Source: an uncultured Acidobacteriota bacterium (GTDB lineage: Bacteria; Acidobacteriota; UBA6911). From it: a stretch of DNA of 64,000 nt. The notes under the pieces are model-generated. The model was not told the DNA's origin. It made no database searches and saw only the letters and a program-made list of their open reading frames with translations. The DNA lies in NCBI GenBank assembly GCA_963809485.1, contig CAWEJX010000017.1, forward strand, positions 96,001-160,000, given 5' to 3'. The translations under genes and the position numbers were made by a program. Every line of letters starts with the position of its first letter. Positions within the stretch are counted from its first letter, which is position 1. Positions 27,995-38,857 of this stretch are shown here, in pieces.

Positions 27995-29011
27995 CTACTT
28001 TTTAACTGACACCTCGAGGGCTTTGATAATTTCCTTTGCCACTTCAATCTGATCCGGCTTTTGCCCGATCTGTAAGTACTTCTGCAGGGCTTTGATTGCA
28101 TCCGGCATGGTTTCTGTTTTGCCCGACAGGCACATCCCGAGCTGGTAGTAGGCTTCGGCGAAATTGGGATCCGCGGCGATGGCCTGCTTGAAGGATTCTG
28201 CGGCTTCCACTGTTTTGCCGTTGTTCACGAGCGTGGCGCCGATATTGTAAAAGCTCTGCGCGGACGCACCAGGATTCAAGCTCGCCGCTTTTTTGAATGC
28301 CGCCTGCGATTCTTCATTTTTCCCCATTTTGCTCAGTATGACTCCCAGGTTTGTTTGCAGAGCTGCGTCATTCGGACTTATGGCAACGGCTTTCTGGTAG
28401 AGCGCCAGAGCCTCTTCGTTTTTATCCATTTTTGAATAGCTATCCGCCATGTTGCCAAGGATGTTGGGCTGTTCGGGATCCCTCTCGAGAGCCTTCTTGT
28501 ATTCCTCAACCGCCTCGGCATGCTTCCCTTCCTGAGCCAGCTTAAGGCCGGAGTCGAAAAAAGCCTGGACCTCCGCCGAGGTCTCCTTCCTCTTTTCAGC
28601 CTTCTCCATTTCCTTCTTGAGCTGCTCGATTTCCTGGTCCGACAGCTCGAAGGGAAGCTTTGCATCCGCACCTGGAGTCAACTTCAGATCGATCACGCTT
28701 TCAGCCGAAATGTTGGGACGCACCGATGGAACATAGCTTGGCATAAAGCCCTGCGCGCGAACAACAACCCGGTATTCCCCGGCCGGAAGCCCCATATAAA
28801 TATATGTGCCCTTCTTGTCGGTTTTAGTGTTGAACTGGCGGGTTTTCGAGTCGGTCGCCTGAATCGAAACCTGGGCCCCGACTACGGGCTCACCTTTTTC
28901 GTCCGTCACCTTGCCTTTGATAAGCCGGTTCTGTGCCATGGCCGGCAAAGCCAGCGCGAAGACGACCAAACAAACTGCAAAAAAACCCACCTTCCGCGAA
29001 GAGATATGCAT
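27995..29011 (-). CDS. Exported carboxypeptidase-regulatory-like domain plus TPR protein
   Basis: Signal peptide; IKGKVTDEKGEPV..TDKKGTY..LPAGEY; several TPRs. Confidence 0.88.
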   Translation of the reverse strand: MHISSRKVGFFAVCLVVFALALPAMAQNRLIKGKVTDEKGEPVVGAQVSIQATDSKTRQFNTKTDKKGTYIYMGLPAGEYRVVVRAQGFMPSYVPSVRPNISAESVIDLKLTPGADAKLPFELSDQEIEQLKKEMEKAEKRKETSAEVQAFFDSGLKLAQEGKHAEAVEEYKKALERDPEQPNILGNMADSYSKMDKNEEALALYQKAVAISPNDAALQTNLGVILSKMGKNEESQAAFKKAASLNPGASAQSFYNIGATLVNNGKTVEAAESFKQAIAADPNFAEAYYQLGMCLSGKTETMPDAIKALQKYLQIGQKPDQIEVAKEIIKALEVSVKK

Positions 29012-29216
29012 GGGACCTCCTTACAATTCCCCTATGTAAATTGCACCTCTAATAGAAAACACCCTATTCTAGGAGGCATTAAACCTCATGTCAACAAACC
29101 TGGGATGTTTTTCCCGGGATTCCTGCACAAGGTTGACCTCCCCGCGGCTCCGGGCCGCCTTCGAGATTTGAAGTCCAACGCTTCAAGCTCTCGTCCAACT
29201 CCCATGAGATAGATTC

Positions 29217-31163
29217 CTAATTTTGCAGGAAGTTGCAAATTTTAATGGAATCATGCGTGAGAGGCGCCGGAGGCAGGCTTTGGAGAAACACCCTCCCGTA
29301 GCTCTTGGTCAATATCCGCTTGTCCAGCAAGGCCAGGATTCCCCGGTCCGTTTTGCTGCGTATAAGCCGGCCCAATCCCTGTTTCAGCAAAATGGTGGCG
29401 GTAGGGATCTGATAGTCATAAAAAGCGTTTCCGCCGGATTCGTTGATCTGCGCAATGCGGGCAGCCACGACGGGATCGCTGGGCACCGAGAAGGGGAGTT
29501 TATCCACGACCACGCAACTCAGCTGTTCCCCCTGGACGTCGACGCCCTGCCAGAAGCTGCTCGTGGCAAACAAAACCGCATGAGGGGTGCTCCTGAAGGA
29601 TTCCAACAAGGCGGACTTGCTCTTTTCGCCCTGGATCATCACCGGGAAGGGCAGACGGCTTTTCAGCACCTGGTGGACCTGCTCCATCTGGCTGTAGCTG
29701 GTGAATAGAACAAAGGCGCGTCCACGGCTGGCATCCAGGATCATCTCGAGTTCCTGGCAGGCGCGCTTCACCCAGCCTTCTTCGCGCGGTTCGGGAATAT
29801 TCCGGGGGACGTAGAAAACAGCCTGGCGGGCAAAATCAAAATGGGACGGGACAATGAGTTCGCCGGCGTCATCAAGGCCGAGGCGGGCCTTAACGAAAGA
29901 AAAATTGCCTCCCGTCGAGAGGGTAGCGGATGTCAGGATCGCGGATTCGACGCATGAGAAAAGCCGGTCTTTAAGAAGCGCGGATATATTGATGGGCGAG
30001 GCCCAGAGAAAGATGCCCCTCCCACGTATCTCGCACCAGTACACGTGTTCCCTGGAGTCGGCCTCCAGTATTGCCGCCAGGTCGCCCTGCAATTCCATGC
30101 TTCTGCGTATCAGGGCTTCAATGCCGTCGCTCTGAACCGGGATATTGGCCAGCGAGCTCTTAACCACATCCAGCTGAACGCGCAGCGCCCGGTAATCGTC
30201 ACTGATAATATCGGTGCCGGAAGGTCCGCGGCGTGTGCCGCTTCCCGGGCCAAGCGGCTGAAGCGCGTACCGCCCTTCCCTGCTTTGGAACTGCGCAAAG
30301 AACTCCCTGGAGCGCTCCGCCAGCTTTTCGATCTGACCGGATAAAAACGCAGAGGAGGAGCCTGTTTCCGCAAGCACCCGGTCTATGTCGCGCACGAGTT
30401 CCTCGATTCGATAGTTGCTGACCATCACGCCAAAGTACTGTGTGGCAACATCCTCGATCTCATGCGCCTCATCAAAAACCAGGACCGAGTAATCCGGCAG
30501 AACCGATCCGAAATCCCCCTGACGCAAAGCCAGGTCGGCAAAGAACAAATGGTGATTCACGATAACGATATCCGACTCCAGCGCTTTCTGGCGGACCCTC
30601 GTGATGAAACATGCTTCAAAATTACGGCATTTCTGACCTGCGCACGTTTCGCGGCGGGCGTCCAGATGATGCCAGAGGAGCATGTCCTCGGGAAGCTCGG
30701 ATAATTCCGCCCGATCGCCCGTGTCGGTCCTTTGCGCCCATTTTTTGATCACCTTTATGTATTTCGGGTCGTGCGGGGAAAACAAATAAGCCTCGCCGTC
30801 GATTTCCTCGAGCCGGTTCCAGCAGAGATAATTGCTCCGGCCTTTCATGTAGCAGATCGAGAGCTTGCGTCCCAGGGCTTTTTCAAGGAACGGGATGTCC
30901 TTGTAAAACAGCTGTTCCTGAAGGTTTTTTGTAGCCGTGGAAATGACGACCCGCTTGTCGGAAAAAATGGCCGGAATCAGATAGGCCAGGGTTTTGCCGG
31001 TGCCGGTTCCCGCCTCGACACAGAGGTGGTGATTCTGCTCAATGGCATCTGCGACCCCTTGCGCCATTTGTATCTGCCCTGGACGGTATTCATAGAAGGG
31101 ATGATTTGCGGCAATGGCGCCGTTGGTCCCCAGTATCCGCTCCAGTTCATCGCATGAAATCAT
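29217..31163 (-). CDS. dinG: ATP-dependent DNA helicase, DinG/YoaA family
   Basis: EAGTGTGKT, KGRSNYLC, FDEAH, TSATL, FWQGVDV and QGLGRLIR motifs; Fe-S cysteines. Confidence 0.92.
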   Translation of the reverse strand: MISCDELERILGTNGAIAANHPFYEYRPGQIQMAQGVADAIEQNHHLCVEAGTGTGKTLAYLIPAIFSDKRVVISTATKNLQEQLFYKDIPFLEKALGRKLSICYMKGRSNYLCWNRLEEIDGEAYLFSPHDPKYIKVIKKWAQRTDTGDRAELSELPEDMLLWHHLDARRETCAGQKCRNFEACFITRVRQKALESDIVIVNHHLFFADLALRQGDFGSVLPDYSVLVFDEAHEIEDVATQYFGVMVSNYRIEELVRDIDRVLAETGSSSAFLSGQIEKLAERSREFFAQFQSREGRYALQPLGPGSGTRRGPSGTDIISDDYRALRVQLDVVKSSLANIPVQSDGIEALIRRSMELQGDLAAILEADSREHVYWCEIRGRGIFLWASPINISALLKDRLFSCVESAILTSATLSTGGNFSFVKARLGLDDAGELIVPSHFDFARQAVFYVPRNIPEPREEGWVKRACQELEMILDASRGRAFVLFTSYSQMEQVHQVLKSRLPFPVMIQGEKSKSALLESFRSTPHAVLFATSSFWQGVDVQGEQLSCVVVDKLPFSVPSDPVVAARIAQINESGGNAFYDYQIPTATILLKQGLGRLIRSKTDRGILALLDKRILTKSYGRVFLQSLPPAPLTHDSIKICNFLQN

Positions 31164-31279
31164 GTTCCGGTGAATCTCCCGGTTTAGAGTTTAGCGCATT
31201 GATGCCCTGAACACGAAAAATTCGTGGAATTCTTGTCTTTTTCAGAGTTTAGGTGCTGTATCCTTCATCCGGAGGGGCT

Positions 31280-31852
31280 ATGGATCTCAACAATCCCGAA
31301 ACAACCGTTCTCCGCCACGAGGAGATTTATCGCGGGAAAATCGTTGCGCTTCATGTGGATACTATTCAGCAGGCTTCGGGAAGGACTACCATCCGGGAGG
31401 TTGTCAAACACCCTGGGGGAGTTACGGCGGTTCCGGTGCTCGACGATGGCCGCATTCTCCTGATCCGTCAGTTTCGCTATCCGATCGGGAAATTCATACT
31501 TGAGCTTCCTGCAGGCAAACTGGACAGCGGCCAGCCGCCTCTGGAAACCATGGCGCGCGAGCTCGAGGAGGAAATCGGCCATCAGGCCGGCAGTTTGACG
31601 TATCTATGCTCTTTCTATACTACTCCCGGCATCAGCGACGAACTGATCCATTTTTTTGTTGCGCGCAAACTCACACCCTGTCCCCAACGCCTGGAGGAAG
31701 GCGAACACATTACGGTTGAGGCCTATTCTCCGGAGGAATGCCTAGAAAAGATGAGGACGGGAGAAATCCGCGACGGCAAAACCATCCTGGGCATCCTCTG
31801 GTATCAGAATCACTCCCTGCTTGAACCCGGTTCTCCATCCGGTCCGAAGTAA
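31280..31852 (+). CDS. NUDIX hydrolase (ADP-ribose pyrophosphatase-like)
   Basis: ELPAGKLD..ARELEEEIG Nudix box; REVVKHPG, QFRYP and DGKT motifs. Confidence 0.92.
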   Translation: MDLNNPETTVLRHEEIYRGKIVALHVDTIQQASGRTTIREVVKHPGGVTAVPVLDDGRILLIRQFRYPIGKFILELPAGKLDSGQPPLETMARELEEEIGHQAGSLTYLCSFYTTPGISDELIHFFVARKLTPCPQRLEEGEHITVEAYSPEECLEKMRTGEIRDGKTILGILWYQNHSLLEPGSPSGPK

Positions 31853-31963
31853 GTATCCTCGGGCAGAGCCGGCTTTCTTGTTGTTAGCCCCTCAAAGGGG
31901 CTCGATCCCAGCCGATGAAAGATAATTGAAGCTTCATGCGCCATGGATATCTTTGAGGCTTTT

Positions 31964-32040
31964 TGAACCGCAGAATGTCGAATAATAAATTTCGAATCTC
32001 GAAGTGCTTCTGCGGTTCGACATTCAAAATTCGATATTCA
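31964..32040. repeat. Short-unit palindromic intergenic repeat
   Basis: gaaccgcagaatgtcgaa...cttctgcggttcgacattc, built from ttcga-type units. Confidence 0.55.
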
Positions 32041-32277
32041 TTATTTCTTTGGCTGCTGTCAGAACACCGGTCAAAAGGCCTGCTCCAGTATTTGTCAAAC
32101 CGATACTGCCTCACCGGCAGATCCGGTGGATCTCCTATTGGACCAATAACTCTGAGCGGCAAACCGGGGAAGATTCTTGCCCCTGGCTCCCGGCTTCTGG
32201 CGTCTATCCCGCAGTTTTCCCCGAGTAGCATGCCTCTATATGCTGCAGCCCTCTATAAATTGTGCTAATATAGGAAT

Positions 32278-32694
32278 ATGAGCAAAATAGCTGTTGGTTC
32301 GGATGTAGAGGCATATTGTACAAAATGCAAGCTTGTCCTGGCGCACACGGTCATGGCGATGGACGGCGCAAAACCGCGCCGCGTCCGCTGCAATACCTGC
32401 AACGGCGAGCACAACTATCGCCCCGCCAAGCCTGTGTCAAAAGCTGCGCCCAAAAAAGGCGAAAAGAAGGCGAAAACCACCACCAAAAAGACCCGGCAAA
32501 CCTGGGAAGAGGTGATGCAGGAAGCATCGGCTAAACCTCACAAGAAATACTCCATGTCGGGGAGTTTTGGGGAGGGCGACTGGATTGAACACGCAACGTT
32601 TGGATTGGGCTGCGTCCAGTCTTTCATAGCTCCCAACAAAATCACCGTCCGTTTTGCGGATGCCACCCGGATGCTTGTCTGCAACCGAGCTTAG
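32278..32694 (+). CDS. Zinc-ribbon hypothetical protein
   Basis: CTKCK..CNTCNGEH; C-terminal GDWIEHATFGLG motif. Confidence 0.85.
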   Translation: MSKIAVGSDVEAYCTKCKLVLAHTVMAMDGAKPRRVRCNTCNGEHNYRPAKPVSKAAPKKGEKKAKTTTKKTRQTWEEVMQEASAKPHKKYSMSGSFGEGDWIEHATFGLGCVQSFIAPNKITVRFADATRMLVCNRA

Positions 32695-33573
32695 GTGAAA
32701 AGCACAGCCTCCGTTTCGGGTTCCCTTCTGAATACGCTCGAGCTCCTAGTGCCGGGAGCTTCCAGGCGAACATTGCGTCAAATGCTGGACCAGGGCCGGA
32801 TCCTTTTGAACGGCAGCGTGTGCAAACTCGCCTCTCAACCTGTCAAACCGGGCGACCGGATTGAAATAGGGCCCCGGAGCACGCCGACGGAACTCCCCGG
32901 CGGGCTGGAAATACTTTTCGAAGACCAGGATATCCTCATAGTCCAGAAGCCGTCGGGCCTGCTCACGGTCGCCACCATCGATGAGCGGGAGCGGACGGCC
33001 TACGCGTACCTGCGCCGGTACCTGAAGGAACGCAATCCAAGACAGAAGCTGTTTATCGTTCACAGGCTGGACAAGTTCGCGAGCGGGATTCTGGTTTTTG
33101 CCAAATCCGAAAAAGTGAAATTAAGGCTTCAGGGAGTATTCAGCCGGCATGAAATCCAGCGGAAGTACTGGGCGATAGTGGAAGGGAGAGTGGAAAAAGA
33201 CCGCGGGACGATTCGAAGCCGGGTGGCGGAGGACAATACACTCCGCATGCACTCTACCGATGACCCGGAACGCGGAAAGCCTGCAGTGACCCATTTCCGC
33301 GTTTTGCGCCGTTTACCGAAAATCACCGCGCTTGAGGTGACGCTCGAGACGGGCCGCAAAAATCAGATTCGGGTTCATTTATCCGAGATGGGGCATCCGA
33401 TCGCCGGCGACCGGGCCTACGGCAGCACGCAGGATCCGCTAGGAAGGCTCGGATTGCACGCTTTTCTGCTCGGATTCAAGCATCCGACACGGGGCGTACC
33501 TGTCGAATTCCGGACCGATCCCCCACCCGAATTCGTCCGCTACCTGCCGAACGTTGAACGCTTGAACGTTTGA
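32695..33573 (+). CDS. RluA-family pseudouridine synthase
   Basis: S4-like N-terminus; KPSGL, VHRLDK (catalytic Asp), TGRKNQIRVH and HPIAGD motifs. Confidence 0.93.
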   Translation: MKSTASVSGSLLNTLELLVPGASRRTLRQMLDQGRILLNGSVCKLASQPVKPGDRIEIGPRSTPTELPGGLEILFEDQDILIVQKPSGLLTVATIDERERTAYAYLRRYLKERNPRQKLFIVHRLDKFASGILVFAKSEKVKLRLQGVFSRHEIQRKYWAIVEGRVEKDRGTIRSRVAEDNTLRMHSTDDPERGKPAVTHFRVLRRLPKITALEVTLETGRKNQIRVHLSEMGHPIAGDRAYGSTQDPLGRLGLHAFLLGFKHPTRGVPVEFRTDPPPEFVRYLPNVERLNV

Positions 33574-33595
33574 ACGTTCGAACGTTCGAACGTTT
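33549..33595. repeat. Tandem 7-8-mer (gaacgtt) repeat over the rluA stop
   Basis: gaacgttgaacgcttgaacgtttgaacgttcgaacgttcgaacgttt. Confidence 0.7.
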
Positions 33596-33645
33596 ATCGT
33601 TGCAGTTCGTGCAGCCAATTATTGTTTGCTGCATGCGACTCGTCT

Positions 33646-34275
33646 TCAGAGCAGTCTGTCCAGGTCCGTGATGCGGGCTATATGGTGGTGCGCCCCGTCT
33701 ATTCGCACGCCCTCGCGAACGAGCACCGTGGTCATGCCGAGTTTCATGGCCGGGATGATATTGGCCATCATGTCCTCTATAAGCAGGCACTCTTCCGGCC
33801 GGGCCGAGACAAAATCCAGCGCCGTGAGATAAGCCCGTCGGTCGGGCTTGTTGATGAAATCCAGCATGTGTATATCGATGATGGATTCGAAGTGCCGGAG
33901 GATGCCCAGCCGCGAAAGGACGCGCCGGGCGTGTTTGGCGTCGGCATTCGTGAAGACTATCTTTCTTATGGCAAGCCGGCCCAGCATTTGGTCCAGCGCC
34001 GGATCGAAATGAAGGTAGGCTTCCAGCGGTATATCGTGAACGAAGTCAAGGAATTCATCCGGATCCACGGTATAGTGGCGGCGAAGGGCATTCAGCGTGG
34101 TTCCGAAGGCCCTGAGCAGTTCATCTCGCGATTTGCTAACCTCGTTCTTCGCTATCCCCAAACGCTTCACCATAAACAGGTTGATGCGGTTCCCGATTTC
34201 CTTCATTAAACCACTGGACGCCGGGTAGAGGGTATTGTCGAGATCAAAGAATGCGCAGCGAAGGTTTTCTATCAA
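33646..34275 (-). CDS. Pyrimidine 5'-nucleotidase (HAD superfamily)
   Basis: [14 protein letters not shown] and IED motifs; probable TTG start after GAGG. Confidence 0.88.
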   Translation of the reverse strand: MIENLRCAFFDLDNTLYPASSGLMKEIGNRINLFMVKRLGIAKNEVSKSRDELLRAFGTTLNALRRHYTVDPDEFLDFVHDIPLEAYLHFDPALDQMLGRLAIRKIVFTNADAKHARRVLSRLGILRHFESIIDIHMLDFINKPDRRAYLTALDFVSARPEECLLIEDMMANIIPAMKLGMTTVLVREGVRIDGAHHHIARITDLDRLL

Positions 34276-35017
34276 GCGGTACCTCTGTTTGTGTGGGCCT
34301 GTGCAGTTTATCCAGCGCCGACTGGATGGAGTGGCGCACATTCGGGATTTCCTTCTGCAGTTCATCCAGCAGGCGGCGCATGCGCTGGCGCTGGAGATTC
34401 TGTTGCCGTCCGCAGAGATTGCCCGGGACTATCGGGTAGTTCTGAAATCCCGCAAAAGCCCGGATGTCGGATTCCCAGCAGTAAGCGAGCGGGCGGATTA
34501 CGGTATTGCGGCCGTCGTTGCTGTGAAGGAGCGGAGGCATGCTCCGGGGAGAGCCTTCATAGAACAGGTTGAGCAAAAAAGTTTGCAGGATGTCGTCCGC
34601 ATGGTGGCCCAAAGCGATTTTGCTGCACCCTTCTTCAACGGCGGCCTTATAGAGAATGCCCCGGCGCAGACGGGAGCAAAGGGAGCAGGCGGTCTCTCCT
34701 TCGGAAAGGATTCGTTGGACAGTCGGGTAAACATCCTTCCGAATCATCCGGTAAGGCAGGTTTTGGGAAGCCAGGTATTGCTCGAGAGTTTGCGCGGAGA
34801 ACCCGGGCTGTTTCTGGTCGAGACCGACTGCAAGCAGCTCGAAACGGACCGGGGCGCGCTTTTGGAGATCCTGAAGCAGGGAGAGAAGGGTGAAACTATC
34901 CTTCCCGCCGCTCATGCAGACCATGATGCGGTCTCCCTCGACAATCATTTTGAAATCCGCGATGGCCTGGCCGACGCCCCGCAGGAGCTTTCTTTTCAAC
35001 AACAGATCTTCTTTCAT
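34244..35017 (-). CDS. ttcA: tRNA 2-thiocytidine(32) synthetase
   Basis: SGGKDS PP-loop; [22 protein letters not shown] and NLCG motifs. Confidence 0.93.
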   Translation of the reverse strand: MKEDLLLKRKLLRGVGQAIADFKMIVEGDRIMVCMSGGKDSFTLLSLLQDLQKRAPVRFELLAVGLDQKQPGFSAQTLEQYLASQNLPYRMIRKDVYPTVQRILSEGETACSLCSRLRRGILYKAAVEEGCSKIALGHHADDILQTFLLNLFYEGSPRSMPPLLHSNDGRNTVIRPLAYCWESDIRAFAGFQNYPIVPGNLCGRQQNLQRQRMRRLLDELQKEIPNVRHSIQSALDKLHRPTQTEVPLDRKPSLRIL

Positions 35018-35108
35018 TACATGCTTCCCTGCCTGCCCGGGGAGAAATTGTATCACACCGCCCCTTCGTCCATCGTCAACCGCAAATTGGCAATGATATA
35101 CTTCAGCC

Positions 35109-35852
35109 ATGGATCCTGTTCGAGTTCATTTCCTGGGCACGGGCGACGCTTTTTCCGCGGGGGGGCGGAGCCAGGCGGCTTATCTGATCCAGTGCGCGCA
35201 GGGTTCCCTGCTGCTCGACTGCGGCGCATCGGTCCTGGCTTCGCTCAAGCGGCATGATCTGGCTTCCGGATCCATCGATTCAATTCTGCTGAGCCACTTC
35301 CACGGCGATCACATTGCGGGGCTGCCCTTTCTCTTCCTGGAATACATTTACGTGGAACCGCGCCGCAGGCCGCTGAAGATCGTCGGCCCGGAGGGAGTCG
35401 AGAACAGGGTCATGCAGGTTTTCCGGGCTATGTACGCCGATTCGGCCGAAGAACCGCTGCCCTACCCCGTCGATTTCCGGGAGATCGTACCCCGGAAAGA
35501 GCTATCCATCGACGGGATGCGGATCCGGGCATTCCAGGCGCCCCACGATGAACCTCCGCTCTCGCTGGGATTTGAAATCACGGCCGACGGCAGGAAGATC
35601 GTGTACTCCGGGGACACCGGGTGGAGTGAGGATCTCGTTGTGCATGCGCGCAATGCGGATTTATTCCTATGCGAGTGCAGCTTTTTCGAGACGCGCATGG
35701 ACACGCACCTGGATTATCCGCGGATTGCGGAAAATCTAAAGCGCTTCGGCGCGAAGAGGATTGTATTGACGCATCTCGGCCGGGAGGTTCTGCGGCGCCG
35801 GGACGAAATAGAGCTGGAGATGGCCCACGACGGGCTGGTTGTTACACTATAG
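35109..35852 (+). CDS. MBL-fold metallo-hydrolase (RNase Z-like)
   Basis: [25 protein letters not shown] and LTHL motifs. Confidence 0.9.
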   Translation: MDPVRVHFLGTGDAFSAGGRSQAAYLIQCAQGSLLLDCGASVLASLKRHDLASGSIDSILLSHFHGDHIAGLPFLFLEYIYVEPRRRPLKIVGPEGVENRVMQVFRAMYADSAEEPLPYPVDFREIVPRKELSIDGMRIRAFQAPHDEPPLSLGFEITADGRKIVYSGDTGWSEDLVVHARNADLFLCECSFFETRMDTHLDYPRIAENLKRFGAKRIVLTHLGREVLRRRDEIELEMAHDGLVVTL

Positions 35853-36145
35853 GGTTTTTGAGATCTGCGACACGCACAGAACGCGGCGCAGGCATGGATT
35901 CCCAACCAATTGCTTCCGGGAACGCCGCCGATTCGGAGAAACACTCAACGCTTTGCGGCGTTATGCTCATACATTGATCGAGAGCATCTACCAGCAGAGC
36001 AAGTGGTATCAGGAAGCTTCCAGGATGGGCGCAACACCCTTGGGACGCAATCGCGAAGCCTCGGGCCGCGCTTTTTGCGGCCCGCGATGGGAAAAGATGC
36101 AATGTAACCATCTACGCTCAAGATACTGCCCTGATGGCGGCCCCA

Positions 36146-36577
36146 TTACTGGGATTGCTCTTTGTAGATCCACGCCCCAAGCAACGTAGCCACGATATAC
36201 ATGACCAGGGTTGTAAGGGCATCAGACACAAGCGCGTTGGCTGGAAACAATCCATAGCAAGCCGATATGGCGGCATAGGACAATGCCTGCAGAACCCAAA
36301 CAGCCAATGCCGCTATCAGAGCCGTTTTGGCTCCTGCACCATATCGGGGTCGAATGGCAGAATACAGCCAAACGGCCACAATGCCTGAAACGAGATTAAA
36401 AACAATCCAGAAAGTCTGGAATCCGATCGTTTGTTGAACCGGGTGACCTAAGGCTTCCAGTGCAGGATCCCAAAGCTTCCTCAGATAAATCGCCAAGGCG
36501 GCATACGAGAGAATATTGAGCACGATCCCCGCCACCAAACCACCAAGAAACACACGGGACCAGTTTGTTTTTCCCAT
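36146..36577 (-). CDS. Four-TM membrane protein
   Basis: NWSRVFLGGLVAG and WLYSAIRPRYGAG motifs; four hydrophobic segments. Confidence 0.8.
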   Translation of the reverse strand: MGKTNWSRVFLGGLVAGIVLNILSYAALAIYLRKLWDPALEALGHPVQQTIGFQTFWIVFNLVSGIVAVWLYSAIRPRYGAGAKTALIAALAVWVLQALSYAAISACYGLFPANALVSDALTTLVMYIVATLLGAWIYKEQSQ

Positions 36578-36873
36578 GGCTGCCCTCTCGCGCCTTCATT
36601 GGCGCGGTTAGTTGTCAGTCGTGTCTTTGCCGACCATGGTAGGACGTTTGTTCGGGGGATTCAAGCATCGGGAACCATTTGCGGCGCGCTGCTCTCCACG
36701 CTCCTCGTCGCTGCATACCCCACTTCCGCAGTTTGTTTGCCGGCAGAGTTTTGTTGACTCTGGCTGTGGAAGGGTATAGGAATATTGCTACACGCACAAT
36801 CCAAAGAACAAGTTGGAGCTCCATACGTTTACTGATGTCTCCACAACAACTGGCACACAGTTCGGAGGAAACC

Positions 36874-37542
36874 ATGAAACTGCAAAAGCTCGGAGGATAT
36901 GCCTCAATCGTTTTGGTACTTGTGGGGATGGCTAGCATTGCCATGCTCGCCATCGCGTTCCGTGGATTCACGGGATCCGGTGATTCGCTGGACCCGGCCA
37001 AGATGAAGGCTGCCTATGAAGCCTCCCCTATCGCTTTTCACTCATATTACGTTTTGGGAATTTTGGGCGGCATCCTTGTGCTCATCATCGCCTTGGCTAT
37101 TCAGGAGCGGATGCAAGCCAAAGCGTCTAACCTCATGCGATTCGCCGTAATTGCTGCGTCGGCTTGCTCGGCTTTATCGCTCACAACGATGATAAGCGGA
37201 TTTCTCCGCTACAAACTGCTTGCGGAAACGGGAGATTTATCGGCTTACAGATCAGCCCTTGTTCTGTTTACGTGCATCGGCGCCGCGGCTGACAACGCGT
37301 GGGGCTGGGCGCTTTTGTTGATCGGCCTGGCTGGGCTCAGCACACTTGTATTGCCTCGTGTCCTCAGCTGGCTCATCCTTGTATATGGCATCGTGACGAT
37401 CATCGGATTTGCCATGCCAACCATCCCCGGTGCTGCCGGAATGGTCATCGATGTCATTTTTATTTTACTCGAAATAGTCAGCATGATATGGCTTGGAGTG
37501 GTGCTGATACGGAAACCTGAGTCAATCGCCGCACAATTGTAG
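36874..37542 (+). CDS. Multi-pass membrane protein (DUF4386-like)
   Basis: GGAGG RBS; about 6 TM segments. Confidence 0.75.
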   Translation: MKLQKLGGYASIVLVLVGMASIAMLAIAFRGFTGSGDSLDPAKMKAAYEASPIAFHSYYVLGILGGILVLIIALAIQERMQAKASNLMRFAVIAASACSALSLTTMISGFLRYKLLAETGDLSAYRSALVLFTCIGAAADNAWGWALLLIGLAGLSTLVLPRVLSWLILVYGIVTIIGFAMPTIPGAAGMVIDVIFILLEIVSMIWLGVVLIRKPESIAAQL

Positions 37543-37563
37543 ATTGCAGCAAGAAGCGAATAG

Positions 37564-37595
37564 AAAAAAATGGCCGCTCTTCGGAGCGGCCTTTT
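37564..37595. terminator. Bidirectional rho-independent terminator
   Basis: A7-t-ggccgctc-ttcg-gagcggcc-tttt. Confidence 0.8.
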
Positions 37596-37972
37596 CATGC
37601 CCGCAATGCTTTACAGCGCCTGCGTGGCGTTTTCTCCTTTTATCCATGCCTCTCTGATATGGCCGATCCTGCATGAGCACCTCTCCCTGACGCATTCTCC
37701 ACGCCTTCGCCGTACCGCAGGGGCCATGATCTGATGCATTTATTATAGCGTGATCGCTGCGTCGTACCGCTTCCGTTGTTTTGGCATTTGTCTCTACCCA
37801 TATTCGGCAGCGATTTTACACCTTAATCACCTGTCCAGTTTTTGGGGAGCACTATAGTTTTGACGGGCCACCATCGATTAAAAGGCCGTTTTCTACTTGA
37901 GTTTTATCCTTTGGGGGCGGAAACTTTGAGGCGCGGAGCAGTATATTTTTCTATCAGAAAAGGAGACACTCA

Positions 37973-38635
37973 ATGCGCTGGACGGCAATGGTTATAACGA
38001 CAATCGCTTTGTTGTTTTTTGCAGTTGCGCCTGGATCCGCCGCCGATCCGCAGGGCGCTCAACCCAATCAGGAGAAGCTTATGAATCCTGCTCAATTGAA
38101 CGAAACGGCGCCGGACAAATTCCAGGCCAAATTCGACACCTCCAAGGGCGAGTTCATCATCGAGGTCACGCGCGAATGGGCGCCGGCCGGGGCCGACCGG
38201 TTCTATAACCTGGTGAAAAACGGTTACTTCGATAATTGCCGGTTCTTCCGGGTGGTAAAAAATTTCATGGTGCAGTTCGGGATCAACGGGGATCCCAAGC
38301 TCAACACGGTCTGGCGCTCCGCGCGTATCACTGACGATAAAGGCAAAAAGTCCAATTACCGGGGATATGTCACCTTTGCCCACGCCGGCGCCAATACGCG
38401 CACCACTCAGATATTCATCAATTACGCCGATAATCAGTTTCTCGATAATCAGGGCTTCCCGCCCTTCGGCAAGGTCTCCAAGGGCATGAATGTCGTCGAT
38501 TCCATCACGGCCGAATACGGCGAAAAACCGGACCAGGGCCGGATTCAGACGGAAGGCAATGCCTACCTGGAACAGACATTCCCGAAGCTCGACTACGTGA
38601 AGTCCGCAACTATCCTTCCAGACGCGGCAAAATAG
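37973..38635 (+). CDS. Periplasmic cyclophilin-type peptidyl-prolyl isomerase
   Basis: Signal peptide; WAPAGADRF, FFRVV..FMVQFG, RTTQIFIN and PFGKV motifs. Confidence 0.93.
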   Translation: MRWTAMVITTIALLFFAVAPGSAADPQGAQPNQEKLMNPAQLNETAPDKFQAKFDTSKGEFIIEVTREWAPAGADRFYNLVKNGYFDNCRFFRVVKNFMVQFGINGDPKLNTVWRSARITDDKGKKSNYRGYVTFAHAGANTRTTQIFINYADNQFLDNQGFPPFGKVSKGMNVVDSITAEYGEKPDQGRIQTEGNAYLEQTFPKLDYVKSATILPDAAK

Positions 38636-38857
38636 GCATCCAAACCGGATCCATGCGCACGATGCTGCGTAGCCGGAATACCGGCAACACAGCATCGTGC
38701 CACCGCGCGGCTCTCAAAATGTATTTGCCTCTGAAGAGCAGTCCCATTGATTTACCCGTCTGTCCGGAAGTCAGACTGCTCTATTATTGATATTGAAGTC
38801 AGCCCGATGCAAAGCTACCGTCGAAAATTGTTCTTTGAGCAATGATCGATTAATGGT